A DNA stretch of 64,000 nucleotides. It comes from Callorhinchus milii. Lineage: Eukaryota. A model generated the notes under the pieces. It searched no databases. It was given only the letters and a program-made list of their open reading frames with translations, and was not told the origin of the DNA. The position numbers and the translations under genes were made by a program. Position 1 is the first letter of the stretch. Each line of letters starts with the position of its first letter. Shown piece by piece: positions 27,411 to 41,100 of the stretch. The stretch lies in assembly GCF_018977255.1 (NCBI RefSeq), contig NW_024704743.1, positions 12,216,001 through 12,280,000 of the forward strand, written 5' to 3'.

Positions 27411-30088
27411 TTATATTATCCAATGTGATTTGCCATTTCGCACTGGGCATACCACTCTGACCAATTCACCCTGAACAGCAGTTTTAAACCTTTTTGAGAC
27501 ATTCAATGTTACAGGCACCATACCAAATGCAATGAACTGTTATTCCTAAAATGATTAACTGTGAAGCTTTTTAAAGATCCATTACTCAACAGATCATCCA
27601 CAGAAAACAGCAAGCTGCACACAACCACTGCAGGCTATGTATCCTCAAGAGAGCTCTGAAATGGTTACACCACAGAGCTGTTTTCTCACTGATCTGTTGA
27701 ACAGATTACGTAGAGCTAACTTGTTCCACCAAATGTGCCCAGTGAAATATTATGCTATTATACATCATTGTTTTATAGTCTACACTGTTATACTGACACT
27801 TTGAAATGTCCATGGAAGAAGGCCAATACAGTCCTACTGCTCAAGTAGAGGAAAGTTATGGATGTTAAATAACATCTATGGCTGATTGCCTCCCAGTTTA
27901 TTATGATCTGACTTGCACAGCTCGAATTATAACTATAATAATTTTATTTCATATAGCTTATCACGCCAAAATGTCTTAATAAGAGCGCTTCACAGGGTTT
28001 ACTGTAAAGTGCTGTGCAGCAGTTATTTGTGGGTGAATGCAGCAACCAATTTATGCACAGCAAATCCTTCATCATCCAGGAAGTGAATGAGCTTTTTTGT
28101 TGGCCAAGACACCAGGAGAAACATACTTTTTGAATAGTATTGTAGGATCTTTATCATCCACCTGAACAAAAGAGACAGGACATCACTTTAATGTCTCATC
28201 CAAAGGACAGCACCTCCAACAATCACTGGAGTGTCAATCTACCCGAGCTCAATGTCCTCATGCGGAGCTTGAACCCACAGCATTCTGAATCAGAGGAGAT
28301 AGTGCTCCCAACTGAGTTCAAATGACAAATTTAGAGAAGAGTCTATGGCAGATCATGCCAGACATATCAAGTTCCACTGACTCTTGAAAGCACCGTGCTC
28401 TAGCTCCCCATGGCTGTGTGTTTTTTTGCATAATTCCTCGTCAATCCTCCTCCTACTCCAAGTTAGTGATGTGTCCTGAATGTGACTCCTTCCTATAAGA
28501 TAGTTACAGGAAAATCATTTGTGAATACATCAGACTGTTTTAGAAGACTGAGACCAATAATAATCCTTGCATTTGATATAGCGCTTTATCACGTCTTCGC
28601 AACGTCTCAAAGCGATTCACAGAATACACTGTAAAGTGAATGGACTGTATATTTTTTGGGCGAAACGCAGCAGCCAATTGCACACAGCATTGTCTCACAG
28701 TCATGGACTGAAGTGACCAATTTATTATTACTTTTTTTGAAGGAATTATTATCCCTGGAATTATCAACTAACCACCAGTGTCCTACTTAATGCTAGGTAA
28801 ACAGAGGCGTAAGGAAACTGTAAGATATGTCAGATTCAGAGGAACAGGAGGGTGCCATTCAGCCCACTGAGCCTGCTTTTCCACTTAATATATCATGTCA
28901 CATAACCTCTACATTTTCTCCAATCTCCCTTAGTACCTTTAATTCCCAAGTAATTCTGTCTTTCTTTAAACCATCCCAATTATTTTTGGAACGTGGAACG
29001 CACTGCCCAGAAAGGAATGTGTTAGTTAAACTACTTCATCCCAAATATTAATCTGGTGCATCATCTCTGGATGTTTTCCACGCTCAGCAAATTAATATGA
29101 CAGATGAAATTCTGCAGATGTAAACTTTTCAAAAAGTTATTGCAAAGCTTATCAAAAACTTTTGTGCATATTGCAACAATGTTTAAGCAGCTTACTCCAA
29201 ACGCTGACTCTCTCGCCCCAAAAATTGAAGAGTTGACGACTATTTTTAATAGCTAACTGAATACCGTCTACTCAACAGGATCACACAGATGGATTTATTT
29301 CCTGCTATGTTATATTTGGATATGTTTTCAGTTGTTGACATGTTTGCTGTATTTCTTAGAACACTGAAAATGTGTTAACTTTACATCCAATGAATGCCAA
29401 AATGGAGTTTTGTGCCAAACACACATTTGATGGTGATGTACTGTTTTACTAGTACAAACAGTTCAACTTCACTAAAACATGATCTCCTTCGAGACATATC
29501 CTTTATCGCCATTTACTGCAACCTAAGTCACACTTCCCATTTATTTGCACAGGTCAAGTGGTTCATTTCTGCTTGCTGATGTGATCAACTTGAATAACTT
29601 CAGCTAGCATTGAATTATGTGTCTTAATTTACTACTGGCAGTAAATTGCATTGGAATGGAATATGTAGTTTTAACAGCTTGGCAGTAAATTCATACACTT
29701 CATGCCAAAAAACTGACTGCAGTGGCTTTAATCTGAACAGTCTGAAAATAGCCGCAAAATCTGAACTGCGTTTGAGTGACACATTAAAGTCCTTTGAAAA
29801 GCTTTTTTTTAAAATTATGTAAGAATTTGATAAGGTGGACTTTAATAAGGTGTTTCCATTAGTTGGAAAATCTAAAACGAGGCAGGGCATCAACATTACA
29901 ATAACAACATGCATTAATATAGGGCCCTTGACGTGGGGCAGTCTCGGAGGGATTGTGATGGGACATTTTTCTGACGTGAAGGGCGCTATACAAGTATAAT
30001 TTTTTTGTTGTTGAGTTAGCCAGCAGCAGATCTGAAAGGGAGTTTAAGAGGAACTTCTTTAAGCAGAGGAGGTAAGAATGTCAAACTC

Positions 30089-30442
30089 GAGTTCAAAATC
30101 CTCATCCTCAACTTCAACGCCCTCCACGGCCTTGCTCCCTCCTACATCTCCGACATGCTAACCCCTTATCAACCTGCCTGCTCCCTCCACTCAGTAGGCT
30201 CCGGCCTGATCCGTGTCCCCTGTCCAACCCACCATCGGCGGTCAGGCCTTCAGCCTCTCTGCCCCCATTCTCTGGAATTCCATCCCACATTCCCTTCATC
30301 TCGTTCACTCTCTTGCCTCCTTCAAGGTACGCCTTAAGACTCTCCTCTTCGACTGTGTCTTCGGCCACCCTTGGCAGTTTAAAGGCGCTATACAAGTGCA
30401 CACTTGTAAAGGCGCTATACAAATCTAATTTGTTGTTGTTGC
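30089..30442 (+). mobile_element. L2 3' fragment
   Basis: FKIL...IGGQAFS...LWNSIP...FKVRLKTLLF, GTT tail. Confidence 0.85.
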
Positions 30443-30769
30443 TGTGGTTGAAGCAGAAAGAATCAATTAATTTCATAGGAAACCTGGTGCAAACATGAGA
30501 CGAGAATAGAGAGGTAAGGGAGAGAGAATTAGGAGAGGTGGATCCTCATGTAAAGCATAACTACTGACAAAGACTAGTCGGGCTGAATGGCCTGTACTTG
30601 TGGTCACCTCCTCCTATTTTGTATCTCGTCTTATTTTTGTTTCTCCTGTTTCTAACTTCAGTTGCAGTTGACCTAAATTTTAAATCCCTTGTTACCTGAA
30701 AAGTGCCTAGAAAAGTGGTTCCTTGGGCAACATAGCAGATGGCAACAAAACTATGTCCAGTAGAAGAGC

Positions 30770-31475
30770 AACAACAACTTGAATTTATATAGCGCCCTTC
30801 ACAATGGGTAGCGTCCGGAGCACTTCACAATGCCCGAGTCCAACCCTGAGCCAGGAGCAGATGAAGGGGGTGGTGACTTAAGGTCTTTAGGCTAGATTTG
30901 AAAGTGGGGTGGAAGGGGGCAAGGGAGGAAGAGTTGTAAAGTTTCAGTAGCGGCTGAAGGCACAGCCACCGATGGTGGAGCGGAGGAGACAAGGGACGAA
31001 TAGGAGGCTGGAGCCAGCCGAACAGAAGCAGCGGGTGGGTGAGTGGGAAGTAAGCAAATCGGATAGGAAGGGAGGTGTGAGGGCATGAAGGGATTTGAAA
31101 ACAAGCGAGGATCTTGAAATCGATCCGTACAGTAATTGGGAGGTAGTGAAGCCTGGCAAGGACTGGTGTGCTGGGGTTACGGAGTTTTGTGCGGGTGAGA
31201 ACCTGGGCTGTGTAGCTCTGGACTAGTTGAATTTTGTGTATGGTGGAGCTGGGGAGACAGATCAGCGAGGAGGGCATTGGAATAGTCCAGCCGGGAATGA
31301 CAAAGGCGTGAACGAGGGTTTCAGCTGCTTTTGTTGTGAGGTACGGACAGAGGCAAGCAATGTGACAGGGTGCAAAAAAGGGGCCCTGGTCAGGAAATCA
31401 ATGTGGGGTAGAAAGGACAACTGGTGATCGAACCTGACCCCTAAGCTGTGCATGGTTTCAGTGAGTCTGAGGGCC
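30770..31475 (-). mobile_element. L2 3' fragment
   Basis: LGVRFD, PVLARLHYLPITVRIDFKIL, IGGCAFS. Confidence 0.85.
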
Positions 31476-31479
31476 TCCT

Positions 31480-32730
31480 AATGTGGAGAAATGCGAAGTG
31501 ATGCATTTTGGGTGGAAGAATGAGGAGAGACAATATCAGCTGATGGTACAATTGTAATGGGGTGAAGGAAGAGAGAGACTTGAGGGTTCATATAAGTAAA
31601 TCTTTGACGGTGCAGGACAGGTAGATAAAGCTGTTAAAAAAGCACACGGGATACTAGGCTTTATAAATAGGGGCATAGAATACAAAAGTCAGGAAGTTAT
31701 GATGAACCTTTATCAAACACTGGTTAGGCCTCAGCGAGAGACTGGGTTCAGTTCTGGGCACCACACTTTAGGAAGGATGTCAAGGCATTGGAGATCCTGC
31801 AAAGGAGATTTATTGGAGTCCTGTAGCTCAGTGGTTGTGGAGTCCTGTAGCTCAGTGGTTGTGGAGTCCTGTAGCTCAGTGGTTAGAGCACTGGCTTTGC
31901 AAGTGAGAGACCTGAGTTCAATTCCAGGCAGGTCAGGGCGAAACCTTGGGCAAGTTTCCTTACTCCACACGCCTAATAATAATCCCTCCAAAACCAAAAA
32001 CAATAATAAATTGGTCATTTTCAATCTACGACTGTTTGTGGGACATTGCTGTGCGCAATTGGCTGCCGCGTTCGCCCACAAATATACAGTCAATTCACTT
32101 TACAGTGTGTTCTGTGAAGCGCTTTGGGACGTCCTCCTGACGTGAAAAGCGCTATATCAAATGCAAGGATTATTATTATTATTATTATTAGGATGGTACC
32201 AGGAATGAGGGACTTCAGCTATCAGGAGAAGATAGAGAAGCGAGGATTATGCTCCTTGGAGCAGAGAAGGTTAAGAGGAAACTTAATAGAAGTTTTCAAA
32301 ATTATGAAGGGAATCGATAGGGTGAACTATTTCCACTGGCGGATGTATTTGAGGAGGACGGGTTTGCAGGGTCATGGGGAAAGGGCTGGGGAGTGGGACT
32401 GACATTAATTGCTCTATTGAAAGAGCCGGCACAAACTCAATGGGCCGATTGGCCTCTTTTTGTGCTGTACGATTCTACGGGTCAATAACCCGAGGACGCC
32501 GATTTAAAATAGTTTTTAAAAGAAACAGAGGGGAGGAGAAATGTTTTCACACAACGAGTTGTTCAGATCTGGAATGCAATGAAAGGGCGGTGGAAGCCGA
32601 TTCAATAAGGGACAAGTTTGCAGGACAATGGGGAGAGCGCGGGGGGATTGAATTGGATAGCTCTTTTCAAAGAGCCGACGCAGACACAATGGTCCAAATG
32701 GCCTCCTTTTGTATTGTATAATTCTGTTTA
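31480..32730 (+). mobile_element. CR1 LINE 3' portion, rearranged, with a SINE inserted
   Basis: LYQTLVRP, SLEQRRLRGNLIEVFKIMKG; duplicated 3' end. Confidence 0.88.
31814..32190 (+). mobile_element. tRNA-derived SINE with triplicated head
   Basis: TGGAGTCCTGTAGCTCAGTGGTT three times, then B box and (ATT)n tail. Confidence 0.92.
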
Positions 32731-33684
32731 CTCAGTAGTAAGTAGAAACCTGGCTGTTATTCGATTGACAGATCGTTTTCCAGGGTTAATAATTCCTCAA
32801 AAAAAAATATTTTGCCACTCAATCCTCGACGGTTTGTGGGACACTGCCCTACACAATTTCCTGCCACGTTTCACCCACAAAAGATAGTCAATTCACTTTG
32901 CAATATATTCTATAAATCTCTTTGATATGTATCAATGATGTGTTAAGGAGCTAAAACAAATGCAAGGCTTATTTATTTCATTTATTCTCAAGGCAGTGGT
33001 GGGAAGAAGACCAAATATGCAGTCAAGAGGAAAACCTTGAAAGTCTAAGATAAAAAATAGGTTAAACACCTTCAGAAGAGTTTGGAACAAAAACAGAAAA
33101 TGCAACCATTACAAAATACAGACACTACACTTTATAATGAAGTGTTTTGAGACATCCTTGGGCAAGTTTCCTTACTCCACACGCCTAATAATAATCCCTC
33201 CAAAAAAAAATAATAAATTGGTCATTTTCAATCCATGACTGTTTGTGGGACATTGCTGTGCGCAATTGGCTGCCGTGTTCACCCACAAATAAACATACAG
33301 TCAATTCACTTTACAGTATATTCTGTGAAGCGCTTTGGGACGTCTAGGAGATGTGAAAATCGCTATATCAAATGCAAGGATTATTATTATTATTATCCTC
33401 CTGACCTGAAAAATGCAATTATTATTTTAACCAAAAAAACTCTTAGCTGGGAAATCGAAACTACAATAGTAGTACTACAATTGCCTAGGTTCTGATAGCA
33501 CAAGTACTGGATAGTAGAAATCTAAAATAAAACTTTCAAAAAACCATCAGCATTCAAGAGAGAAGATAGGCTAACATGTCATATGCAGTAATGACCATTA
33601 TTTCAATTTGATAACAGCTGATCTGTTGTAGATCTCCAGAATTTCTGATTGTGTGTTTAATTTTGCACAGTCATTGCGCATAGA

Positions 33685-34150
33685 AGCATAAATCTACAGC
33701 ACAGTAGGCCATTTGGCCTATCAAGTATGCACTGCCTCACAGAGCAAGGAGAACAATTCAATCCTACTGCACCACCCTATACCTGTACCCCTTCAAGCCC
33801 GTTTCATACATTTGTTTACTTCCCTCTTGAAAGCCACAATGGCGAGGCATTCCATATCCAAATGACTTTCCGGGTGGAAAATTCTTCCTGAGTTCTCCTT
33901 TCGCTGTTCTTATAAATATACCTTAGTTACTGACTCCCCTATCAGGGGAAATAACGTTTTCCTATTCATCCTGACAAAAAACCCTCATAATTTTGTGCAC
34001 CTCTATCGGGTACTCCCCTTCAACCTTTTCTTCACCAATCTTTCATCTTATCTGGAGCTCTTCATCCCCGGAATCATTCTCGATAACCTCCACTGCACCT
34101 CCTCTAAGGCCTTAACATCTTTCCTGAGGTGAATTGCCAAAACTTTACAG
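33685..34150 (-). mobile_element. Old CR1 3' fragment
   Basis: Diverged match to the 43760-44290 CR1 end. Confidence 0.65.
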
Positions 34151-34344
34151 TAAATTTTTTTCATCAGGTGAAGTTTTTCTCCCATGAGTCAGATATCAGG
34201 TTTGATACATGCTGGCTTAAGAGTATTCAAACATAAGAACATAAAAATTTGCTAGATGAAAGAAGACCAAGGTCTATCTAGTTCGCCTTCCAACATGCTG
34301 GCAGTCACTTGACCTGTCGTATCCCAAACTATATACTGTACACC

Positions 34345-35380
34345 ATTGACCACTCTATCCTCATCCACCGCCTCTGCTCTCACCTCAACATTCGTGGTTC
34401 TGTCCTTAACTGGTTCAGATCCTACCTTTAAAGCTCTCCACGATGCTACCCCGCATTAAGGGCGTTATATAAATGCAAGTTGTTGTCTCCACAAATGACT
34501 TCTCCTCCAGCCCGGTCTCATTCAGTGTTCTGTCCTTGGTCCTCTCTGCAATATCCACATGCTTCCTCTTGGTGAAATCATCCGCAGACACGGGGTCAAC
34601 TTCCACATGTACGTGAATGATACCCAACTTTACCGCAGTATGTACTCAGTGCGGTCCTGACAGATTGTCTGTCAGGACTTCAAATCCTGGATGGGAGCCA
34701 ACTTTCTCCAGTTAACTGTCAACAAGACCGAGGCCCTCCTCATTGGCCCCCGTCAGTGCTTCCACACCTCTGGCAACATCTCCATCCATGGATGTACACT
34801 GCACCTCGCTGAGCCAGTCAGGAACCTTGGCATCTTGTTTGACCCTCAACTGTTCTTTCTATCCCACATCTATGCCATGTTTTGCCTTCCCTCATCTCCA
34901 CACCTCACCCAGCTACGCCACTAACTCTCCCGTCAGGCCACTGAAACCCTCATTCATGCATTTCATACATCTAGGCTTGATTACGCCAACTCCCTGCGTG
35001 TCGGTCTTCCCAACTCTTCCCTCCATAAGCTGTGGATCATCCAGAATTCTGCAGCTCCTGTCCTCTCCCGTACCAGGCTCCATGACCCCATCATCACTCA
35101 ACCCTCACCCAGCTCCACTGGGTCCCCATCTCCCAGAGGATAGAGCTCAAAATCCTGCTCGCCTTCAAGGCCCTCCACGGCCTTGCCCCTTCCTACCTCT
35201 GTGACCTGCTAATCTCATATCAACCTGTCCGCTCAGCAAGCTTGTTCCATGTCTCCCACCTGGCAAACCCCACAATTGGCAGTCAGGCCTTCAGCTTCCC
35301 TGCCCCCACCTTTTGGAACTACATCACCCAGTCTCTTTGTCTCGCTCCCTCCCTTGCCTACTTCAAAGCACGCCTCCAGC
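34345..35380 (+). mobile_element. L2 fragment interrupting an older CR1 3' end (34232-34310 and 35383-35520, minus)
   Basis: NFLQL..NKTEALLIG, VRNLGILFD; CR1-type LVSLWNKLPKETVEA on the minus strand resumes after it. Confidence 0.8.
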
Positions 35381-36549
35381 AGTAATCTATCTAATTTGTT
35401 CTTGAAACAAACAACATTTTCTGCTTCCACCGTCTCCTTGGGGAGCTTGTTCCATAAGCTTACTAGTCGCTCACTGAAGCAGTGTTTCCACGGGTTTGTT
35501 CTGAAATTTACCCACCTTAAACCAGACAGAGTTCCACAAAAATTTGCCACATACATATGGAAATTTTTTACATCTGCTTATCTAATTCCGGAGAGAATTT
35601 GGTACAAATTGGTGAGAACAATGGCTTAGAGACCACAGTGTGTATTGGGATTAAAACTACATACATAGCTTGCCACTGAGATCACTGTCCGGCAAGCTTC
35701 TCACTGTTTATCTAGATAAGACCATCTGAGGACTTATTATTGGCTTGTAGGGTTAATAGGAACAGAATGGAAAGAATTCCTGTTCCTGTTGACGAGTCTG
35801 CCCCTCCATATCTTGCCAACGTTTCAGGTTAGCTGGTCTGGCACCAAGAGTGCCCTGGAGTACTGCAGATCCACCTGGCTCAAGAATCAAAGCATTGACC
35901 CAATTCCAACATTCAGTTTTCACGCACATGACTTTGGAGCCAGTTCAGTTCCATGGAGATCTACTTACTTCTTAAGGAGGATAGTCACTTGTGGGTCATT
36001 TTAAACACTGTGCAGGGCTTTGTGACATCCTCCCAGTGTGAAAGCACTTCAACAAATGCAATAATTATAATTTGATTTTAATTAGTGCTAAACCACCAGA
36101 AAAGACAGAGTTATCTTGCGATGGAAAGATATTCTGACTGGTGTTGAAGAGGGTGCTCCTCACAGGTTGGAATGAAGATAGCAAGATAAACAAACTTCAA
36201 GAGACTCATACTGATGATCCATCCCTGCCTTGCCCCCTCCTTTACATGCCATAGATTCACATCTGCTGTATGTCCAGCCAAACTCTCAGCCACTATGATG
36301 CTCTCCTCTGCAACTCCTAAATCCCATCACCCGCAATCTTCCCTTCAAAACAAAACCTACCTTTTTGACCATGCCCCTCCTTAACTCCCCGTCACATGGA
36401 AACCATTTTGAGACATTAAAATTTACGTCAAAGGCACAGTAGAAGTACAAGATGTTGTTATAGTTTGACGCTGTGAATGGGAAGACAGCAGGGTGGGTAC
36501 TCAGGAATGCTAAGATCAAGAGCCCCCTCCCTCCCCTTCATTGTCTCCT

Positions 36550-36920
36550 GTGGAGTCCTGTAGCTTATTGGTTAGAGCGCTCGCCTCGCAAGTGAGAGAC
36601 CTGGGTTTGATACCCGACAGGGCTAAATGTTAGGCAGGTTTTCTTACTACACGCCTCTGTTTACCTAGCAAAAGGTAGGAACCCACTGGTTAGTCAATTG
36701 GTGGACTGCTTTTTGGGGGTAATAATTCTTTCAAAATAAATATATTGGTCACTCAATCCACGACTGTTTGAGGGACACTGCTGTGCACAATCTGCTGCCG
36801 GGTTTTGCCCACAAAATATAGTCAATTCACTTAACAGTATATTCTCTGAAGCCCTTCCAGACGTCTCGATAGAATGATAAGGAACTATATCAAATGCAAA
36901 TATTATTATTATGATTATTA
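36550..36920 (+). mobile_element. Full-length tRNA-derived SINE just upstream of the THAP2 promoter
   Basis: TGGAGTCCTGTAGCT head, ATT tail. Confidence 0.88.
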
Positions 36921-36989
36921 TCCAGGACAACCTAGCTGTAGACGGAGTCTTGCTCTGTATTTAACCTGACCTACTCAGCTTGCTGGCTA

Positions 36990-37780
36990 CACATTGATCC
37001 CCTTGAGAGTACGTCAGGGTGTGTACGTGCCCTGACGTCACACGTCGCGACGTGACTCCTGGAGCCGCTGGCAATTCTGAGTCCGCCATCTTGGTAAAGG
37101 AAGTAGGAGAGCTCGGACGTTTTTTTCTTGTTTTTCCTTCCCTCAGAACCACCCCGCGCGCTTCTCACAAATTCTCTCTTCGCCTTTACCCTTTCGGCCA
37201 CGTCGCGGTCAGAATGCCGACCAGCTGCGCGGCTTACGGGTGCACGGCGGTGTTTAAGAAAAACACCAACGTCAGTTTCCACAGGTAAGGAAAAGGGCGC
37301 CCGGGGGGAGGCGGGCGGTTTGTTTATATTTCACGTTACACACAGGTCGCGGGCACACGCGCATATACACATACAAAACTTACTTCCAGAGGTTTTATAA
37401 CATAAAGCGGCCACCTCGTTTACCGCCATAAGCGGAGCAGCCTCTCTCCTCGTCCCGCCAAGGTAAATATGTTTGCCCTCACCAGCCTGACGTTGCAGCG
37501 AGGAGAGAGAGAGACATCTGCGAGAGGTTTGTAGGAGGGAGAGAGAGACTGACGTGTTTATTTGCCGGTTACCTGTATTTCAATGGGGGGGGGGGCACGC
37601 GGACTCACCGGCTCAGCCTCAGCGCGTGTTACAGCCGCTGCTTCTCCGCTCTTCGCCGCTGCGGAGCTGAACAGCAGCATCGCCACTGAGGCAGAGAGTG
37701 AGCGGAAGTGCGCACTGAGCCCACCCACTGGGGAGACTGCCACTTCCGGTACACAACCCAACCACCACTGCAGCGCGAGA
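36990..37780. promoter_or_regulatory. CpG-island-like promoter of THAP2, probably bidirectional
   Basis: High CpG density; CRE TGACGTCA 37033-37040; palindrome CACGTCGCGACGTG 37041-37054; YY1-type CCGCCATCTT near 37083; ETS/GABP-type CGGAAGTG near 37703 and CACTTCCGG at 37741. Confidence 0.8.
37214..37284 (+). CDS. THAP2: THAP domain-containing protein 2, coding exon 1 (MPTSCAAYGCTAVFKKNTNVSFHR)
   Basis: ATG at 37214; M-x3-C-x4-C...SFHR start of a THAP zinc finger, very similar to my recollection of human THAP2 (MPTNCAAAGC...NISFHR); donor AG|GTAAGG after 37284, phase 2. Confidence 0.93.
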
Positions 37781-37783
37781 CAC

Positions 37784-40700
37784 ACACAACTACACACTGA
37801 TACACAGTTATACACCGACACAACTACACACTGATACACAGTTATACACCGACACAACTACACACTGATACACAGTTATACACCGACACAACTACACACT
37901 GATACACAGTTATACACCGACACAACTACACACTGATACACAGTTATACACCGAGACAACTACACACTGATACACAGTTATACACCGACACAACTACACA
38001 CTGATACACAGTTATACACCGACACAACTACACACTGATACACAGTTATACACCGACACAACTACACACTGATACACAGTTATACACCGACACAACTACA
38101 CACTGATACACAGTTATACACCGACACAACTACACACTGATACACAGTTATACACCGACACAACTACACACTGATACACAGTTATACACCGACACAACTA
38201 CACACTGATACACAGTTATACACCGACACAACTACACACTGATACACAGTTATACACCGACACAACTACACACTGATACACAGTTATACACCGACACAAC
38301 TACACACTGATACACAGTTATACACCGACACAACTACACACTGATACACAGTTATACACCGACACAACTACACACTGATACAGTTATACACCGACACAAC
38401 TACACACTGATACACAGTTATACACCGACACAACTACACACTGATACACAGTTATACACCGACACAACTACACACTGATACACAGTTATACACCGACACA
38501 ACTACACACTGATACACAGTTATACACCGACACAACTACACACTGATACACAGTTATACACCGACACAACTACACACTGATACACAGTTATACACCGACA
38601 CAACTACACACTGATACACAGTTATACACCGACACAACTACACACTGATACACAGTTATACACCGACACAACTACACACTGATACACAGTTATACACCGA
38701 CACAACTACACACTGATACACAGTTATACACCGACACAACTACACACTGATACACAGTTATACACCGACACAACTACACACTGATACACAGTTATACACC
38801 GACACAACTACACACTGATACACAGTTATACACCGACACAACTACACACTGATACACAGTTATACACCGACACAACTACACACTGATACACAGTTATACA
38901 CCGACACAACTACACACTGATACACAGTTATACACCGACACAACTACACACTGATACACAGTTATACACCGACACAACTACACACTGATACACAGTTATA
39001 CACCGACACAACTACACACTGATACACAGTTATACACCGACACAACTACACACTGATACACAGTTATACACCGACACAACTACACACTGATACACAGTTA
39101 TACACCGACACAACTACACACTGATACACAGTTATACACCGACACAACTACACACTGATACACAGTTATACACCGACACAACTACACACTGATACACAGT
39201 TATACACCGACACAACTACACACTGATACACAGTTATACACCGACACAACTACACACTGATACACAGTTATACACCGACACAACTACACACTGATACACA
39301 GTTATACACCGACACAACTACACACTGATACACAGTTATACACCGACACAACTACACACTGATACACAGTTATACACCGACACAACTACACACTGATACA
39401 CAGTTATACACCGACACAACTACACACTGATACACAGTTATACACCGACACAACTACACACTGATACACAGTTATACACCGACACAACTACACACTGATA
39501 CACAGTTATACACCGACACAACTACACACTGATACACAGTTATACACCGACACAACTACACACTGATACACAGTTATACACCGACACAACTACACACTGA
39601 TACACAGTTATACACCGACACAACTACACACTGATACACAGTTATACACCGACACAACTACACACTGATACACAGTTATACACCGACACAACTACACACT
39701 GATACACAGTTATACACCGACACAACTACACACTGATACACAGTTATACACCGACACAACTACACACTGATACACAGTTATACACCGACACAACTACACA
39801 CTGATACACAGTTATACACCGACACAACTACACACTGATACACAGTTATACACTGACACAACTACACACTGATACACAGTTATACACGACACAACTACAC
39901 ACTGATACACAGTTATACACCGACACAACTACACACTGATACACAGTTATACACCGACACAACTACACACTGATACACAGTTATACACCGACACAACTAC
40001 ACACTGATACACAGTTATACACCGACACAACTACACACTGATACACAGTTATACACCGACACAACTACACACTGATACACAGTTATACACTGACACAACT
40101 ACACACTGATACACAGTTATACACCGACACAACTACACACTGATACACAGTTATACACCGACACAACTACACACTGATACACAGTTATACACCGACACAA
40201 CTACACACTGATACACAGTTATACACCGACACAACTACACACTGATACAGTTATACACTGACACAACTACACACTGATACACAGTTATACACCGACACAA
40301 CTACACACTGATACACAGTTATACACCGACACAACTACACACTGTTATACACTGACACAACTACACACTGATACACAGTTATACACTGACACAACTACAC
40401 ACTGATACACAGTTATACACTGACACAACTACACACTGATACACAGTTATATACCGACACAACTACACACTGATACAGTTATACACCGACACAACTACAC
40501 ACTGTTATACACTGACACAACTACACACTGATACACAGTTATACACCGACACAACTACACACTGATACACAGTTATACACCGACACAACTACACACTGAT
40601 ACACAGTTATACACCGACACAACTACACACTGATACACAGTTATACACCGACACAACTACACACTGATACACAGTTATACACCGACACAACTACACACTG

Positions 40701-41100
40701 ATACACAGTTATACACCGACACAACTACACACTGATACACAGTTATACACCGACACAACTACACACTGATACACAGTTATACACTGACACAACTACACAC
40801 TGATACACAGTTATACACTGACACAACTACACACTGATACACAGTTATACACCGACACAACTACACACTGATACACAGTTATACACCGACACAACTACAC
40901 ACTGATACACAGTTATACACCGACACAACTACACACTGATACACAGTTATACACTGACACAACTACACACTGATACACAGTTATACACCGACACAACTAC
41001 ACACTGATACACAGTTATACACCGACACAACTACACACTGATACACAGTTATACACTGACACAACTACACACTGATACACACTGACACAACTACACACTG
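37784..41100 (+). repeat. Homogeneous 34-bp minisatellite (ACACAACTACACACTGATACACAGTTATACACCG)n
   Basis: Directly visible tandem array of roughly 95-100 near-identical units in THAP2 intron 1. Confidence 0.97.

Noticed and set aside
37019..37213. N-terminal extension of THAP2 from the upstream in-frame GTG
   Set aside because: THAP domains start at the extreme N-terminus; ATG 37214 matches the orthologue start
37784..41100. CRISPR-like array (34-bp periodicity)
   Set aside because: Units are directly adjacent with no unique spacers; eukaryotic context, no cas genes
37784..41100. Array of THAP11/ZNF143 (ACTACA..TCCC) sites
   Set aside because: Only ACTACA is present; the TCCCA half is absent
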